Shown: positions 43,987-54,900 of the stretch, one piece after another | Layout: each line of letters begins with the position of its first letter | How positions within the stretch are numbered: position 1 is the first letter of the stretch | Origin: an uncultured Thermoanaerobaculia bacterium | Lineage (GTDB): Bacteria > Acidobacteriota > Thermoanaerobaculia > Thermoanaerobaculales > Sulfomarinibacteraceae | Assembly (NCBI GenBank): GCA_964609835.1 | Contig: CAZSTH010000002.1 | Span: forward strand, 19,227-83,226 | Length of the DNA stretch: 64,000 bases | Direction of reading: 5' to 3' | Program-made: the position numbers and the translations under genes | Notes under the pieces: generated by a model | Databases searched by the model: none | Told to the model about the DNA's origin: nothing | Seen by the model: only the letters and a program-made list of their open reading frames with translations

Positions 43987-45141
43987 ATGCGACCAGCCAA
44001 GCTCTTCGCGCAGTTCTACGGCGACCCGACGGGGGCGGTGGTGGCGCGGGCGCCCGGGCGCGTCAACCTGATCGGTGAGCACACCGACTATAACGACGGC
44101 CTGGTGCTGCCGATGATCATCGATCGCCACATCGACGTGATCGCGCGCAAACGCCCCGACCGGCAGGTTCGAATGGCGGCCGCCGATACCGGGGAAACCG
44201 TCGCCGCCGCACTCGGAGAGGGTGTCGACTTCGATGGCCCCGCCTGGCTCCCCTATGTCTTCGGGCTGGTGCGGACCTTCGACCAACGCGGCCTCCTCGA
44301 GTCGGGGCTCGACATCGTGTTCCGCGGTACGATCCCTCCGAGCGCCGGCCTCGCCTCGTCAGCGGCGCTGGAGATCGCCACCGCTCTCGCCGTCGAAGGC
44401 GCCTTCAAGCTGTGGCTCGAGCCGGTCCAGACGGCCCGGCTCTGCCAGGAGGTCGAACATCGGTTCGGGGGTGTGGGCTGCGGCCTGATGGACCAGATGG
44501 CAAGCCGCCTCGGCCGCTCCGGCTGCGCCCTCTACCTCGACTGCCGCACCCTCGAGGCGCGGCACGTCCCACTGCCCTTCGAAAACCACCTGCTGGCGGT
44601 GGTGAACAGTGGGGCGCAGCGCGCTCTCGCCGAAACCGCCTACAACGAACGCCGACGGGAATGCGAGGAGGCGGTGGCGATTTTGCGGCGAGGCGACCCG
44701 TCGATCCGATCGCTGCGCGACGTCCCACCCGAACTCCTGGAGGAGCAGCAGGTCCGCCTACCCGAGCCGTTGATGCGGCGCTGCCGCCACGTGCTCACGG
44801 AGAACCAGCGGGTTGCGGACGCGTGTGCAGCGCTCGCGGCGGCGGACATCGCGGAGCTCGGCCGACTGATGTCCGACTCGCACGCCAGCCTGCGGGATGA
44901 CTACGAGGTCAGCTCGCCGGAGCTCGATCGGCTGGTGGCGGCGGGCGCCGCCGTCCGGGGAGTGGCCGGTGCACGCCTCACCGGCGCCGGCTTCGGGGGC
45001 GCGACCGTCCACCTCATGAAAACATCCACGTGGGGTGCCTTCGAGGAGGCGTTGGCACCGGTCACCGAGGATCTGCCCGGTGCCGAGATCTTCGCCGTGC
45101 GGTCCGGCGACCGCGCAGGGGTCGTGGAGGTGATCCCGTGA
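43987..45141 (+). CDS. galK: galactokinase
   Basis: APGRVNLIGEHTDYNDGLVLPM, PPSAGLASSAALE (GHMP motif), GARLTGAGFGG. ATG 43987 was chosen over the track's 43873. Confidence 0.9.
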   Translation: MRPAKLFAQFYGDPTGAVVARAPGRVNLIGEHTDYNDGLVLPMIIDRHIDVIARKRPDRQVRMAAADTGETVAAALGEGVDFDGPAWLPYVFGLVRTFDQRGLLESGLDIVFRGTIPPSAGLASSAALEIATALAVEGAFKLWLEPVQTARLCQEVEHRFGGVGCGLMDQMASRLGRSGCALYLDCRTLEARHVPLPFENHLLAVVNSGAQRALAETAYNERRRECEEAVAILRRGDPSIRSLRDVPPELLEEQQVRLPEPLMRRCRHVLTENQRVADACAALAAADIAELGRLMSDSHASLRDDYEVSSPELDRLVAAGAAVRGVAGARLTGAGFGGATVHLMKTSTWGAFEEALAPVTEDLPGAEIFAVRSGDRAGVVEVIP

Positions 45142-47459
45142 TCGCCGCGACCTCACGGATTCCGATCGACGAGGTCGAGCGGGCCGCCCGCGAGGTGTGG
45201 TCGATCGAGGCCCGCGCGCAGGCGCTGGCCGGCGAGGTAGACCGCAACTTCCTGCTCGTGACGGCTGACGGTGACCGCTTCGTGCTCAAGTCGGCGCCGC
45301 CGGGCGCGAGGCGGGAGAGCATCGAGTGCCAGGTGCTGGCGCTCGATCACCTGGCCGAGAGCGCATTGGCAGAGATGATCCCCCGCGTCGTGGCGACGGC
45401 CGACCGGGATCGGCTGCGCCCCGTCGATTTCGGAGACGGCCCGAGCTGGAGCCGGGTCGTCACCTATCTCGACGGCACGCCACTGGTCAACCGCAGCCAC
45501 CGGCCGGCGTGGTTCCTCGAGGGCATTGGGAGGACCATCGCCGGGCTCGATCTCGCCCTCGCCGACTTCGAACATCCGGGCACCGATCGCGACATCCCCT
45601 GGAACCTCGAGCGGACGTCCGCTCTCGACCGTCACCTCGAGCACATCAGAGACGCGGCGCGGCGCCGGCTGGTGGCCCGACGGCTCGAGGAGTACGCGAC
45701 CGCCGTCGAACCGCTGCTCGGCGGGTTCGCCCACGGCGTGATCCACAACGATCCCAACGACCACAACCTGCTGGTCACCGAGAGATCCAACGGCCGTCCG
45801 GAGCTGGCAGGCCTGATCGATTTCGGGGACCTGCTCCACACCATCACCGTCGCCGACCTCGCGGTTGCCTGCGCCTACCTGATGCTCGACCGTGAGCAGC
45901 CGCTCGCCGACGCGTCCTGCGTCGTCGCAGGCTACGACGCGGTGCGGCCGCTCGCTCCCGCGGAGCAGGCGCTGATCTACGACCTGATCGTCGCCCGACT
46001 GTGCAGCTCGGTGCTGGTCTCGGAGTACCGGCGGCACCTCTACCCCGACGACGAGTACCTCCAGATCTCGGCGCAACCGGTGTGGCGGCTGCTGGAACGA
46101 CTTGCCACGATCGAGCCCGGCCGCGCCCGTGATCGACTGGTTGAAGGCTGCCGATCCGGTGCAGCCCCGCGCCGCAGCGTCCGCGAGATCCTCCAGGTGC
46201 GGCGCCGCCATCTCGGCCCGAACCTCTCTACCGCCTACTCACAGCCACTCAAGATCGTGCGCGGCGAAGGCCAATACCTGTTCGACGAGAGCGGCCGCCG
46301 CTACCTCGACCTGGTCAACAACGTCTGCCATGTCGGCCACTGCCACCCGCGGGTGGTGGCGGCCGCTCACCGCCAGATGGCCCAGCTCAACACCAACACC
46401 CGCTACCTCCACGACAACCTCGCCGAGTACGCCGCACGGCTGGCGTCGACCTTCCCCGATCCGCTCGAGGTCTGCTTCCTCGTCTGCACCGGTACCGAGG
46501 CCAACGATCTCGCGCTGCGGCTGGCCCAGGCGCACACTGGATCGCGGGAGGTCATCGTCCTCGACCACGCCTACCACGGCCACTCTCCGTCGCTGGTGGA
46601 GATCTCTCCCTACAAATGCGATGGCCCGGGCGGCGAGGGACTCGCCCGCCATGCGCACAAGGTGCCCATGCCCGACACCTACCGCGGTCCTCACCGCGGC
46701 GAGGATGCCGGCGAGCGCTACGCGGACGAGGTGTGCGCCGCCATTCGAGCGATCCGCACCGCAGGCCGCCAGCTCGGCGCCTTCATGGCCGAGTCGCTGA
46801 TCGGCTGCGGCGGCCAGGTGGTGCCGGCCGAGGGCTTTCTCGCCGCCGCCACCGCGGCGGTGCGCGAGGCCGGCGGCGTCACGATCGCCGACGAGGTCCA
46901 GGTGGGCTTCGGCCGCGTGGGCACCCACTTCTGGGCCTTCGAGTCCCAGGGCGTGGCGCCCGACATCGTCACCCTCGGCAAGCCGATCGGCAACGGCCAC
47001 CCGATGGCCGCCGTGGTCACGACCCCGGAGACCGCCGCCTCCTTCGACACCGGCATGGAGTACTTCAACACCTTCGGCGGCAACCCGGTGTCGTGCGCGG
47101 TCGGGCTGGCGGTGCTCGACGTCGTCGAGGACGAGGGGCTGCAGGCCCACGCCCTCGAGGTCGGCGGCCACCTGCTCAACGGCCTCCGTCAACTCCAGAA
47201 GCGCCGCGACCTGATCGGCGACGTACGCGGGCGCGGGCTCTTCATCGGCGTCGAGCTGGTGCGCGACCGCGAGACCCTCGAGCCCGCCGACCACGAGGCG
47301 TCGCGCGTCATCGACGAGATGAAGGCGCGCGGCTTCCTGCTCTCCACCGACGGCCCACTGCACAACGTTCTCAAGATCAAACCGCCGATGGTGATCCAGC
47401 GGCACGACGTGGACGAGATGCTCGAGGCGCTGGACGAGGTGCTGGGCGAGATCGGGTGA
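45138..47459 (+). CDS. fusion: APH/choline-kinase-like phosphotransferase domain + class-III aminotransferase of the phospho-lyase (AGXT2L-like) type
   Basis: The GTG start overlaps the galK stop (GTGA). Kinase half: [13 protein letters not shown] (HxDxxxxN), LIDFGDL. Aminotransferase half: [72 protein letters not shown] (PLP Lys). Confidence 0.85.
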   Translation: MIAATSRIPIDEVERAAREVWSIEARAQALAGEVDRNFLLVTADGDRFVLKSAPPGARRESIECQVLALDHLAESALAEMIPRVVATADRDRLRPVDFGDGPSWSRVVTYLDGTPLVNRSHRPAWFLEGIGRTIAGLDLALADFEHPGTDRDIPWNLERTSALDRHLEHIRDAARRRLVARRLEEYATAVEPLLGGFAHGVIHNDPNDHNLLVTERSNGRPELAGLIDFGDLLHTITVADLAVACAYLMLDREQPLADASCVVAGYDAVRPLAPAEQALIYDLIVARLCSSVLVSEYRRHLYPDDEYLQISAQPVWRLLERLATIEPGRARDRLVEGCRSGAAPRRSVREILQVRRRHLGPNLSTAYSQPLKIVRGEGQYLFDESGRRYLDLVNNVCHVGHCHPRVVAAAHRQMAQLNTNTRYLHDNLAEYAARLASTFPDPLEVCFLVCTGTEANDLALRLAQAHTGSREVIVLDHAYHGHSPSLVEISPYKCDGPGGEGLARHAHKVPMPDTYRGPHRGEDAGERYADEVCAAIRAIRTAGRQLGAFMAESLIGCGGQVVPAEGFLAAATAAVREAGGVTIADEVQVGFGRVGTHFWAFESQGVAPDIVTLGKPIGNGHPMAAVVTTPETAASFDTGMEYFNTFGGNPVSCAVGLAVLDVVEDEGLQAHALEVGGHLLNGLRQLQKRRDLIGDVRGRGLFIGVELVRDRETLEPADHEASRVIDEMKARGFLLSTDGPLHNVLKIKPPMVIQRHDVDEMLEALDEVLGEIG

Positions 47460-47638
47460 CGGCCGTCGTTCCCGCCGCAAACAGCACGATCACGAAGGAG
47501 ACACGAAGTCATCTTCGACCCATGAGTCTTCTCGACGATGTCGTCGGAATCCTCCGAGCGACGGCTCGAAGAGCTTCCATTGGGGCTGAAATCCACCTGG
47601 CAGCGATTCAGAGTCGAGAGCCGGTTGCCGCGCGCTGA

Positions 47639-48622
47639 TCAGTTATCGAAATCGACCTCGGTGCCGACCCCTCGCTCGGCAGCCCGCTCGTAGACGAGCC
47701 GCGCGGCGGCGATGTCCTCCACCGCCAGGCCGAGCGAACGGAAGACGGTGATCTCGGTTGCCGAAGTGCGGCCCGGGTGGTCGCCGTTCAGCACCCCGCC
47801 GAGCTCCGGAACCACCAGCCCTTCCGGGATCAGTCCCTGCGCACCCGCCGCGATGAACTCGCCGGCCTCGTTGGCCAGCGACTCGCGGCGGTCTGTGAAC
47901 AGGGTCGCCATCGGCAGCACGCCCGGGTCGATCTCGCGCCACGACGGGACCGACGCGCCGACCGCATTGACGTGCATCCCGGGCTCGAGCATCTCGGGGA
48001 GGAGCACGGGCTCCCGGGCCGCGGTCGTTGTGCAGATGATGTCGGCGCCCGCCACCGCCGCGGCGGCATCGGGCATCACCTCCACCGGCAGCCCGTGCCG
48101 GGCCGACTGCTCGTCCGCAAAGGCCTCGGTCCCGGCCGTCGTGCGGCTCCACACCCCGATTTGCTCAACCGGCCGCACCGCGAGCATCGCCTCGACGTGC
48201 GACCGCGCCTGAGTCCCCGCGCCCAGGATGGCCAGCTTCGTCGCGTCGCTGCGCGCCAGACGATCGGTGGCGAGCGCCGACACGGCGGCGGTGCGGACTG
48301 CGGTGATCGCCCCCGCCTCGCACAGCGCCAGCGGCTGCCCGGTTTCGGGGTCGAAGATCATCACCCCGCCCTGGTGGGAGTCGAGCCCCATCGCCGCCGC
48401 ACCCTCGAAGATGCTCAGGATCTTGACCCCGAACGGCCGCCCGGCCGCCAGCGCCCCTGGCATCCATGCCAGCACACCCTTGCGGTTCGGGAGCAACACT
48501 CCGTCGCGTAGCGGCTGCAGCCCCTCGCCGCAATCGAGCGCCGACAGCGCCTCTCCCACCACCCGCATGCAGTCGCCCATGGACAGCAGCTCGCAGATCT
48601 CCGAGTGGGTCAGAATCAGCAT
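47639..48622 (-). CDS. ornithine cyclodeaminase/mu-crystallin family protein
   Basis: GAITAVRTAAVSALATDRLAR, LAILGAGTQARSHVEAM (Rossmann), ICTTTAAREPVL, ITVFRSLGLAVEDIAAA. Confidence 0.85.
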   Translation of the reverse strand: MLILTHSEICELLSMGDCMRVVGEALSALDCGEGLQPLRDGVLLPNRKGVLAWMPGALAAGRPFGVKILSIFEGAAAMGLDSHQGGVMIFDPETGQPLALCEAGAITAVRTAAVSALATDRLARSDATKLAILGAGTQARSHVEAMLAVRPVEQIGVWSRTTAGTEAFADEQSARHGLPVEVMPDAAAAVAGADIICTTTAAREPVLLPEMLEPGMHVNAVGASVPSWREIDPGVLPMATLFTDRRESLANEAGEFIAAGAQGLIPEGLVVPELGGVLNGDHPGRTSATEITVFRSLGLAVEDIAAARLVYERAAERGVGTEVDFDN

Positions 48623-48807
48623 GACGTGGTTCCCCTCAGCATGACATCACAACAAAGGGTCCCGCGATGATAACCGCTCCGCGCTGGGGCGTCGGCATCC
48701 GCCCACCGCATGCGGCTCTCGATCTCGTCAAGATTCACTGTCGTGGCAGATGACGGCGATCACGAGCGCAACGCTTGGCTCCACCGTGCTTCGCGCCGGC
48801 GGCAGAT

Positions 48808-49206
48808 TCAGCCCATCTTCTCCAGCGCCCGCCGCATACGATGTTCGACCTCGTCGGCGATCGGTGCCACCTGGTCGTTGTCGATCAGCGAGAACACCGC
48901 GGTGGGCTTGAGGGCTGCGACGATCGAACCCCCGCCATCACGCTCCATGACCACCACGTTGCACGGCAGCAAGACGCCGATGAAGGGTTCGCCCGACATG
49001 GCATGGTGGGCGAGCTTCGGGTTACATGCGCCGAGGATGACGTAGCGCTTGAAGTCGACATCGAGCTTTTTCTTCAAGGTCGCCTTGACGTCGATCTCGG
49101 TCAGGACGCCGAAGCCCTCGTCGGCCAGCAACTCGGTGGCGCGAGTCACCGCGTCGTCGTACTCCGTGCCGGGCAGCTCCTTGATGAGAGCGTAACGAAT
49201 CTCCAT
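48808..49206 (-). CDS. DUF302-domain protein
   Basis: MEIRYALIKELPGTEYDDAVTRATELLADEGFGVLTEIDVKATLKKKLDVDFKRYVILGACNP...LPCNVVV. AAGGAG lies upstream of ATG 49206. Confidence 0.8.
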   Translation of the reverse strand: MEIRYALIKELPGTEYDDAVTRATELLADEGFGVLTEIDVKATLKKKLDVDFKRYVILGACNPKLAHHAMSGEPFIGVLLPCNVVVMERDGGGSIVAALKPTAVFSLIDNDQVAPIADEVEHRMRRALEKMG

Positions 49207-49397
49207 GTCGTGCTCCTTCGTGCGCTCGTAACCGCTACGGTAACAGATCTGCCGGCGCGCCTCCGCTTCATTCAACGATGCGACCAGACAACCGCGCGCT
49301 GCGTTCCCGTGTTGTAAGAGAGACGCAAAATGCCGCAGGGAGACCTTGAAACCGTTCGCTCCGAGTGTAATCTGTAGCGGTCGGCGGCGTTTTCCCG

Positions 49398-49742
49398 ATG
49401 AAGGCACACGCCATGATGACTCACACCGCACACCGCAGGAGCCCCGAGATGGACGAGGACGCACTCACCCTGTCAACCGCGGTCGATCCCGAAGGTCGCG
49501 TCAGAATCGCTGTCAGCGGCTATCTCGACGACGATGGCGGCGCCACGCTCGAGCGGCGGACGAGGGAGCTGGCATCCTCTGAAAAAACGCTCCGCATCGA
49601 TCTCCGGCACGTCACCCTCTTCAACTGCTCCGGGGCGCGCCGACTGCTTTCGGTGGTACACGACCTCCAGGGTACCGGGCAGGTGGTGGAACTGGTGGGT
49701 ATGACTCCGGCCCTGCGGACCGCGCTGCACCTGTGGTGCTGA
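49398..49742 (+). CDS. STAS-domain (anti-sigma-factor-antagonist-like) protein
   Basis: RVRIAVSGYLDDDGGATLERR...LRIDLRHVTLFNCSGARRLLSVVHDLQGTGQVVELVGMTPALRTAL. The start may instead be ATG 49449. Confidence 0.6.
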   Translation: MKAHAMMTHTAHRRSPEMDEDALTLSTAVDPEGRVRIAVSGYLDDDGGATLERRTRELASSEKTLRIDLRHVTLFNCSGARRLLSVVHDLQGTGQVVELVGMTPALRTALHLWC

Positions 49743-49798
49743 TCCGCGTTTTGCCGACGCGCGCGTCGAGCGCGCGGCGGCAACGACGGGGTGATACG

Positions 49799-50008
49799 AT
49801 GCGGTGGATGGCTTCTGACACCGACCGCTCGCCGCACGACGAGCCTTCACGGCGGACCGCTGGTCCCGTGTACGTCAAGGTCGAGGAGGTCCGACCGGAG
49901 GAGTACGACGGCACCTGTTTGCGACCCCTCGGGCTGTGCGAGCTGGGCGGCGCCTGCGACTCGTGCTGGTACCGCCCGGACCATCCCCGCTTCCGTTCGA
50001 AGCGCTAG
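49799..50008 (+). CDS. small Cys-containing ORF (69 aa), function unknown
   Basis: MRWMASDTD...CLRPLGLCELGGACDSCWYRPDHPRF. No family was recognised and coding status is uncertain. Confidence 0.3.
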   Translation: MRWMASDTDRSPHDEPSRRTAGPVYVKVEEVRPEEYDGTCLRPLGLCELGGACDSCWYRPDHPRFRSKR

Positions 50009-50096
50009 GAGCTTGTGCCGAAAAGACCCTCGGCAGAAACCCTACCGATAGACCCTTGCTCTCGTCGAGGGTCTATTCGGTGCAAGCTCCTAGCGC
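50002..50096. terminator. long imperfect inverted repeat between convergent ORFs (bidirectional terminator candidate)
   Basis: Left arm gcgctaggagcttgtgccgaaaagaccctc (50002-50031) pairs with right arm gagggtctattcggtgcaagctcctagcgc (50067-50096) with 3 mismatches. The TAG stops of both flanking ORFs (50006-50008 and 50090-50092) sit inside the arms. Confidence 0.45.
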
Positions 50097-50314
50097 GCGG
50101 TAGGCTCACCGCGGCCCGACCCTCGACCTCTGGCGATCCTCACCTTCTTCGGCCGCGCCATGCGGTGGGCCGGCCGTTCCGACCAGAACTCGGGCCGGCC
50201 GAGAGCCCCGCGGATCATCTCGTTGGCCAGCTCATCGGCCGAACGTCCGGTGATCCGGGCGCGCTCTTCGATCACGCTTGCCACATCCTGGTCGAGAGTC
50301 ACCGTCATTTTCAT
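50090..50314 (-). CDS. ribbon-helix-helix (CopG-like) protein, orphan antitoxin-like
   Basis: MKMTVTLDQDVASVIEERARITGRSADELANEMIRGAL has the RHH pattern. No toxin gene is adjacent. Confidence 0.5.
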   Translation of the reverse strand: MKMTVTLDQDVASVIEERARITGRSADELANEMIRGALGRPEFWSERPAHRMARPKKVRIARGRGSGRGEPTAR

Positions 50315-50422
50315 GACGCCATCATGGAGGTGTCGGCGACCGATTGCAAGAGGCGCACATCACCTCATCCGCCGCTCGAGAGATTCCCATCCAAGCCGAC
50401 GGATTCCCCCCATCACAAACCC

Positions 50423-50447
50423 GAAAACCGAAAGGCGTCGGCCTCGG
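50423..50447 (-). terminator. rho-independent terminator after the CXXCH-protein gene
   Basis: The minus strand reads ccgaggccgacgcctttcgg (stem with a 2-nt bulge) followed by TTTT. It lies 76 nt downstream of the stop at 50523. Confidence 0.5.
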
Positions 50448-50522
50448 CGGAGTGCCGCTCACCCGGCACGCGATCGCCGCCGCCGGGCGCGAATCAGTCC
50501 TCCCCGAGCCGCGACCGCATGG

Positions 50523-51920
50523 TCAGTGCACGTGCACCAGCGGCTGCACCATCAGCCGGTTGCCCGCCGCCGCGTTGTAGGTGGCGAGCGAGAAGGTCAG
50601 CAGCATGTCGTAGTCGATCGCAACGATGCCCTCGCGGTTGTCGCCGGACAGCGCGCGGTCGCCGGGACGGTTCTGGAACCACCGCGCCCACGCCTCGGAG
50701 CCCGGGTCGTACAGCAGGAACGGGTGGCCGTCCTCGGGGAAGACCTTGTTCGGCGACGGGTAGAGATTTTCCGTGAAGGGAAACTGCGCCGCCGAGTGGC
50801 AGCTCAGGCACGACGAAGCCGCGAAGTCCTGCTGCCCGTAGCGCGTGCCGCTGACCGTGATCACCCCGTGGCGGGTCGCCACGTCCATCGGACCGGCCAG
50901 CCGGCCGCCCCAGCCGAGGGTCTGGCGGGTGAAGGCCGGCGCCGCGGAATTGACCCAGGTCTCGAGCAGCGGGCCGTTCGGGTTGGTGCCCGCCGGCGTG
51001 TTGGCGAACTGGGGGTCGTTGCCCCACATGGCGCCGACCGGGACCGCGCGATCCCACACCGTCTCGCCCGGGGCGCTGGCGTCGTAGGCGAAGGCCATGA
51101 AGACCCAGCCGGTCTCGGGCGAGGCGGTGGAGTCCTTGATCTTGACCGCCATCTGCGAGAAGTACACCGGCACTTTCTGTGCCTGCCAGCTCGCAGGCGG
51201 CGAGTTTTCGATCGCTGCCACCGGCGGCCGGTAGACCCACGCCTCGGTCGAGCCATCGAGGATCGGCCATTGCTGCGGTGTCAAGGTCGCCGACTCGACC
51301 TTGACCACTACCGAGCCCTCGGGGAACTGGGTGTCGCCGAGGTCGGGATCGAAGGGGTCCTTCCAGATCCGGCCCAACATCGCGGCGGCGACGTCGTTGT
51401 AGTAGATGACGGCGTGGTTCTGGAACGGCTCCGGCGGACTCGGGTCGGTGAAGGTCTCCGGCGGGAGGATCTGCCCGGTGTAGGAGCCCATCAGCGCCTC
51501 GCGTCCGGAGTTGGGATCGATGGTGCCGTCCGCCCGCGTCGAGCCCTGCGCGGTCCACACCATGTCGTACCAGCCCACCTGCTCCGGCGACCAACTCAGG
51601 GGATCGTTCACCAGCCCGCTCATATCCGCGGTCAGGAACGCCTTCGCCCGCTGCATATACTGCAGCGCGTTGTCAGTGGTGATCCGGCCGACCTCGCCGC
51701 CGGGCGTCCAGCGCGGCGCGACCGGTTGCGCCGGGTAGTCGTAGTTGCTGGTCCGGTACCCGTACGACCACTCCTCCGCCGCCGGGTAGACGGTGTTGTT
51801 CGAAGCCAGCGGGTCCACCGATTGTGCTCCCGCAGTCCCGGCGGCCGAGACCAGGATCGCCGCGGCACCCAGCAACATCCAACGCCCTCGAAGATCTCCA
51901 ACTCCTGCATCTGCAGACAT
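50523..51920 (-). CDS. secreted protein with a single CXXCH haem-binding motif (cytochrome P460-like features)
   Basis: Signal peptide MLLGAAAILVSAAGTAGAQS. Other elements: FPEGSVVVKVE, MAVKIKDSTASPETGWVFMAFAYD, and a C-proximal SSCLSCHSAAQF. The P460 similarity is a by-eye inference. Confidence 0.7.
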   Translation of the reverse strand: MSADAGVGDLRGRWMLLGAAAILVSAAGTAGAQSVDPLASNNTVYPAAEEWSYGYRTSNYDYPAQPVAPRWTPGGEVGRITTDNALQYMQRAKAFLTADMSGLVNDPLSWSPEQVGWYDMVWTAQGSTRADGTIDPNSGREALMGSYTGQILPPETFTDPSPPEPFQNHAVIYYNDVAAAMLGRIWKDPFDPDLGDTQFPEGSVVVKVESATLTPQQWPILDGSTEAWVYRPPVAAIENSPPASWQAQKVPVYFSQMAVKIKDSTASPETGWVFMAFAYDASAPGETVWDRAVPVGAMWGNDPQFANTPAGTNPNGPLLETWVNSAAPAFTRQTLGWGGRLAGPMDVATRHGVITVSGTRYGQQDFAASSCLSCHSAAQFPFTENLYPSPNKVFPEDGHPFLLYDPGSEAWARWFQNRPGDRALSGDNREGIVAIDYDMLLTFSLATYNAAAGNRLMVQPLVHVH

Positions 51921-51938
51921 GCCGTATGCCCCCCTGCT

Positions 51939-54900
51939 TCAATTTTGAGATTCTTTCTCGAGCGAAAGCATAGCACGAGCCAGCCACTCGGAGTAGGCGT
52001 CGGCGCCCCATCTCCCGTACAGCTCTCGGGCCGCAGCGAGATGGCTGTCGGCCGAAGCGGGGTCCGCATCCCGGACCGCCGCCGCGGCAAGCTGGTGGCC
52101 CAACGCCTCGATATGGAGGTAGCCGTGCTCGGCCGCCGCCTCGCAGGCGCCCTCGAAGCAGCGCAGCGCGTTGTCGAGCTCGCCATTCAGGCGGGCCAGC
52201 TCACCGGCGATCACACGTTCCTTGTGGCGGAAGTTGTGAGGGCAATGCGAGGCCCACCTCGCGAATGCACGGTGGGCCTTCCTCACCGTCCGCAGCTCGC
52301 TTCGCCGACGGCGGTCCTTCGCCGCTCCCGCCACCGCGAGCGCCTGGTAGAAACGGTGCTCGGCCGCGTGCAACATGCCCCTGGAGTCCTTGAGGAAGGA
52401 ATCGGCTTCGTCGGCGATCGCGATCGCAGCCTCCTGCTCGCCCCACAGATAGGCGAGCTGCATCTTGACGATGTAGAAATAGTGGGCGAAGTGGCGCGAA
52501 CCGAAGTCGGCCAAACCGGCCACGAACGACTTCTCGTCGAAGCCGACATCGTCGAGGACCAGTCGTCCGGCGGTCTCACCCCGGAGGTTTCGGGTCGCCT
52601 GCCGAACCGCCATGACCGCTCCCTCGGGCTCGCGGAGACCGAACTTCTGCAGCAGCTCCAGGAACTCCGAAGCCTCACGGTCGATCTCCGGCAGCGGCAC
52701 GCCGCGCATGAAGTGGCTGAGCACCGTGGCGCAGCAGGCGCAGCCGGTGTGGAACAGATCTCCGGTTTCCACGCCGGTCGAATAGGCCCGCTGCCACAGC
52801 GCCTCGGCCTCCCGCGCCGGTCGCAGCCACGAGGAGCCGAAGTAGCCGACCACGAAGTTCACCTCCGCCTCCTGGTGGGTGCTGCGGTACCTCTCCACCA
52901 GGTCGAGAGACAGACGCCCGAACTCGTAGCCCCGGCGGTACTGGCCGAGGATGCCGCCGAGGAAGATGCTGCCGAAGACCATGTAGCCGATGGCGCTGTC
53001 GGCGGTGTTGCCGTGCTTGAGGCACAGGTTCACCATCTTGGCGTTGACCGCCACGCACAGCTCGGGACGGAGCTGGTAGGCGGCCTTGGCCAGCGCCGCG
53101 ATCAGCCGAACGGCGCCCGCGAGTTGATCGTCGGTCATCGGCGGCATCTCGAGGATCTCGGCCACCCGGCGCTTGCCGAGCCGCAGCCTCGCGACCACCA
53201 GATCGACCACGAACGATAGCGGTTGAAACTTCTCCGGCAGGCGGATCCCGAACAGGGCCGTGCCTTCGCGCCCGACCTCGTAGGCGTCGTCGAAGCGGGC
53301 GAGATCGGTGAAGAAGTGCACCATCCGCTCGAGGATCGCCGCCTTGGCCGCCCGATCGCCCGCATACTCCAACGCCTTGCGGAACAGGGACTCGGCCCGA
53401 TCGAATGCGACCGCCTGGACCGCCTCGTCGGCTGCCGCCAGGTAAAACGACCCCGCGCGCTCGAGTTCCCCGGCCCCCTCGAGATGGACCGCGAGAAGGT
53501 CCGACTTGGCGTCGCCCGAACGTTCGAGAGCGGCGGCGAAGAGCGCGTGGAGGTTGCGGATGCGTGCGGGATCGAGTCGAGCGACCACACTTTCGCGGAT
53601 GCGGTCGTGATAGCACTCGGCCTCATCACCGAGACCGGGACCCGTGGTACGAATCAGGCGCTCCGAGCGCAGCGCCGCGACCATCTCCGGCGGCAGGGTG
53701 CGCAGCCGCGCCACGTCCTGGGCGTGCCGGAGCTGCACCGGTCGCCCCGCCACAGCGATCACTTCGAGCAGCCGGCGGGTGTCCTCCGGCAGCCGCTGCA
53801 CCCGCCGCCAGAGCACGTCGTCGAGGTGGATCTCGCCGACATCGAAACGCTCGAACCCCGCCCGCAGGTGATGCGCCAGCTCGTAGACGAAGAACGCACC
53901 ACCGCCGGATTCCAGCGCCACCCATTCGGCCTGAGCGGCGGCCTCCGGCATGTCGCCGCCGATGAGCCCGGTGGCGAGCTCGAGTGCCTCCTGAGGGGTC
54001 AGCGCATCAACCTCGAGCGTCTCCTCGAAGACTCGCCCTCTCCCCGCGTCCGCGAGATGCTGAAGAGCCCGCAGGCAGGAACTGGTCTCCAGGTACTCGG
54101 TGCGATAGCTGAAGAGCAGCAGCAGGCGCGGCAATCTCTCGGCGACGACCAGCTCGCGCAGAAGAACAGCACTGTCGAGATCGCCCCACTGCAGATCGTC
54201 GATATAGAGGACCACAGGACGGCGATCACCGATCGCACACAGCATCTCGCGGAGGGCCGCGAATGCCTCCGCCCGCAGCTCCTCCAGGCTGAGGGCGCGC
54301 TGGTCGTCGTCCGCGGTGGTGGCCACCTGGTCGATGCGCCGAGTTGCCGGGAACACCCTCGCCAAGGCCGCCGAGTTTGCCGGCAGCAGCCCGTCAAGCT
54401 CGCGCGGCGGCAACGAGAGCAGATAGCGGGTCAGGTCGTCGAGCACACTGTCGATGGCCTTGAACGGCACCGATTCCTGCTCGTAACAGCGTCCGGAAAG
54501 CACGACCGCGCCATCCCGTGCCGCCAGCCGGTCGAGAAAGTGCTCGATCAGCGCCGTCTTGCCGGCGCCCGAACGCCCATGCACCCGACAGATCCCCAGC
54601 TCGCCACCAGCCGCCCTCGCATGACAGCTCGACAGCAGCTCGAGGTGGCGCCTCCTGCCCACGAACGGGGTGGGCGCCGGCCCGACCGGGCGGCGGTCGC
54701 CACCGTCCGTCCCTGTCGCCCCCCCGCCGAACCGGGCGAGCACCTCGTGTCCCGAGGGACGGCGCTCGGGCTCACGATCGAGCAGTTCGAGGCACAGCCG
54801 GCCGAGATCCTCGGGCAGCTCCGGTACGAGCGTCCGCGGGTCCTCCGGATCTCGGGTCAGCTTGCTCCGCAGAATCTCCGCCGCCGAGCCCGCGAACGGC

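Noticed and set aside
45030-45137. Track start of the kinase-lyase fusion 108 nt inside galK
   Set aside because: The extension lies within the galK coding sequence in another frame. The GTG at 45138 overlapping the galK stop gives a sensible N-terminus.
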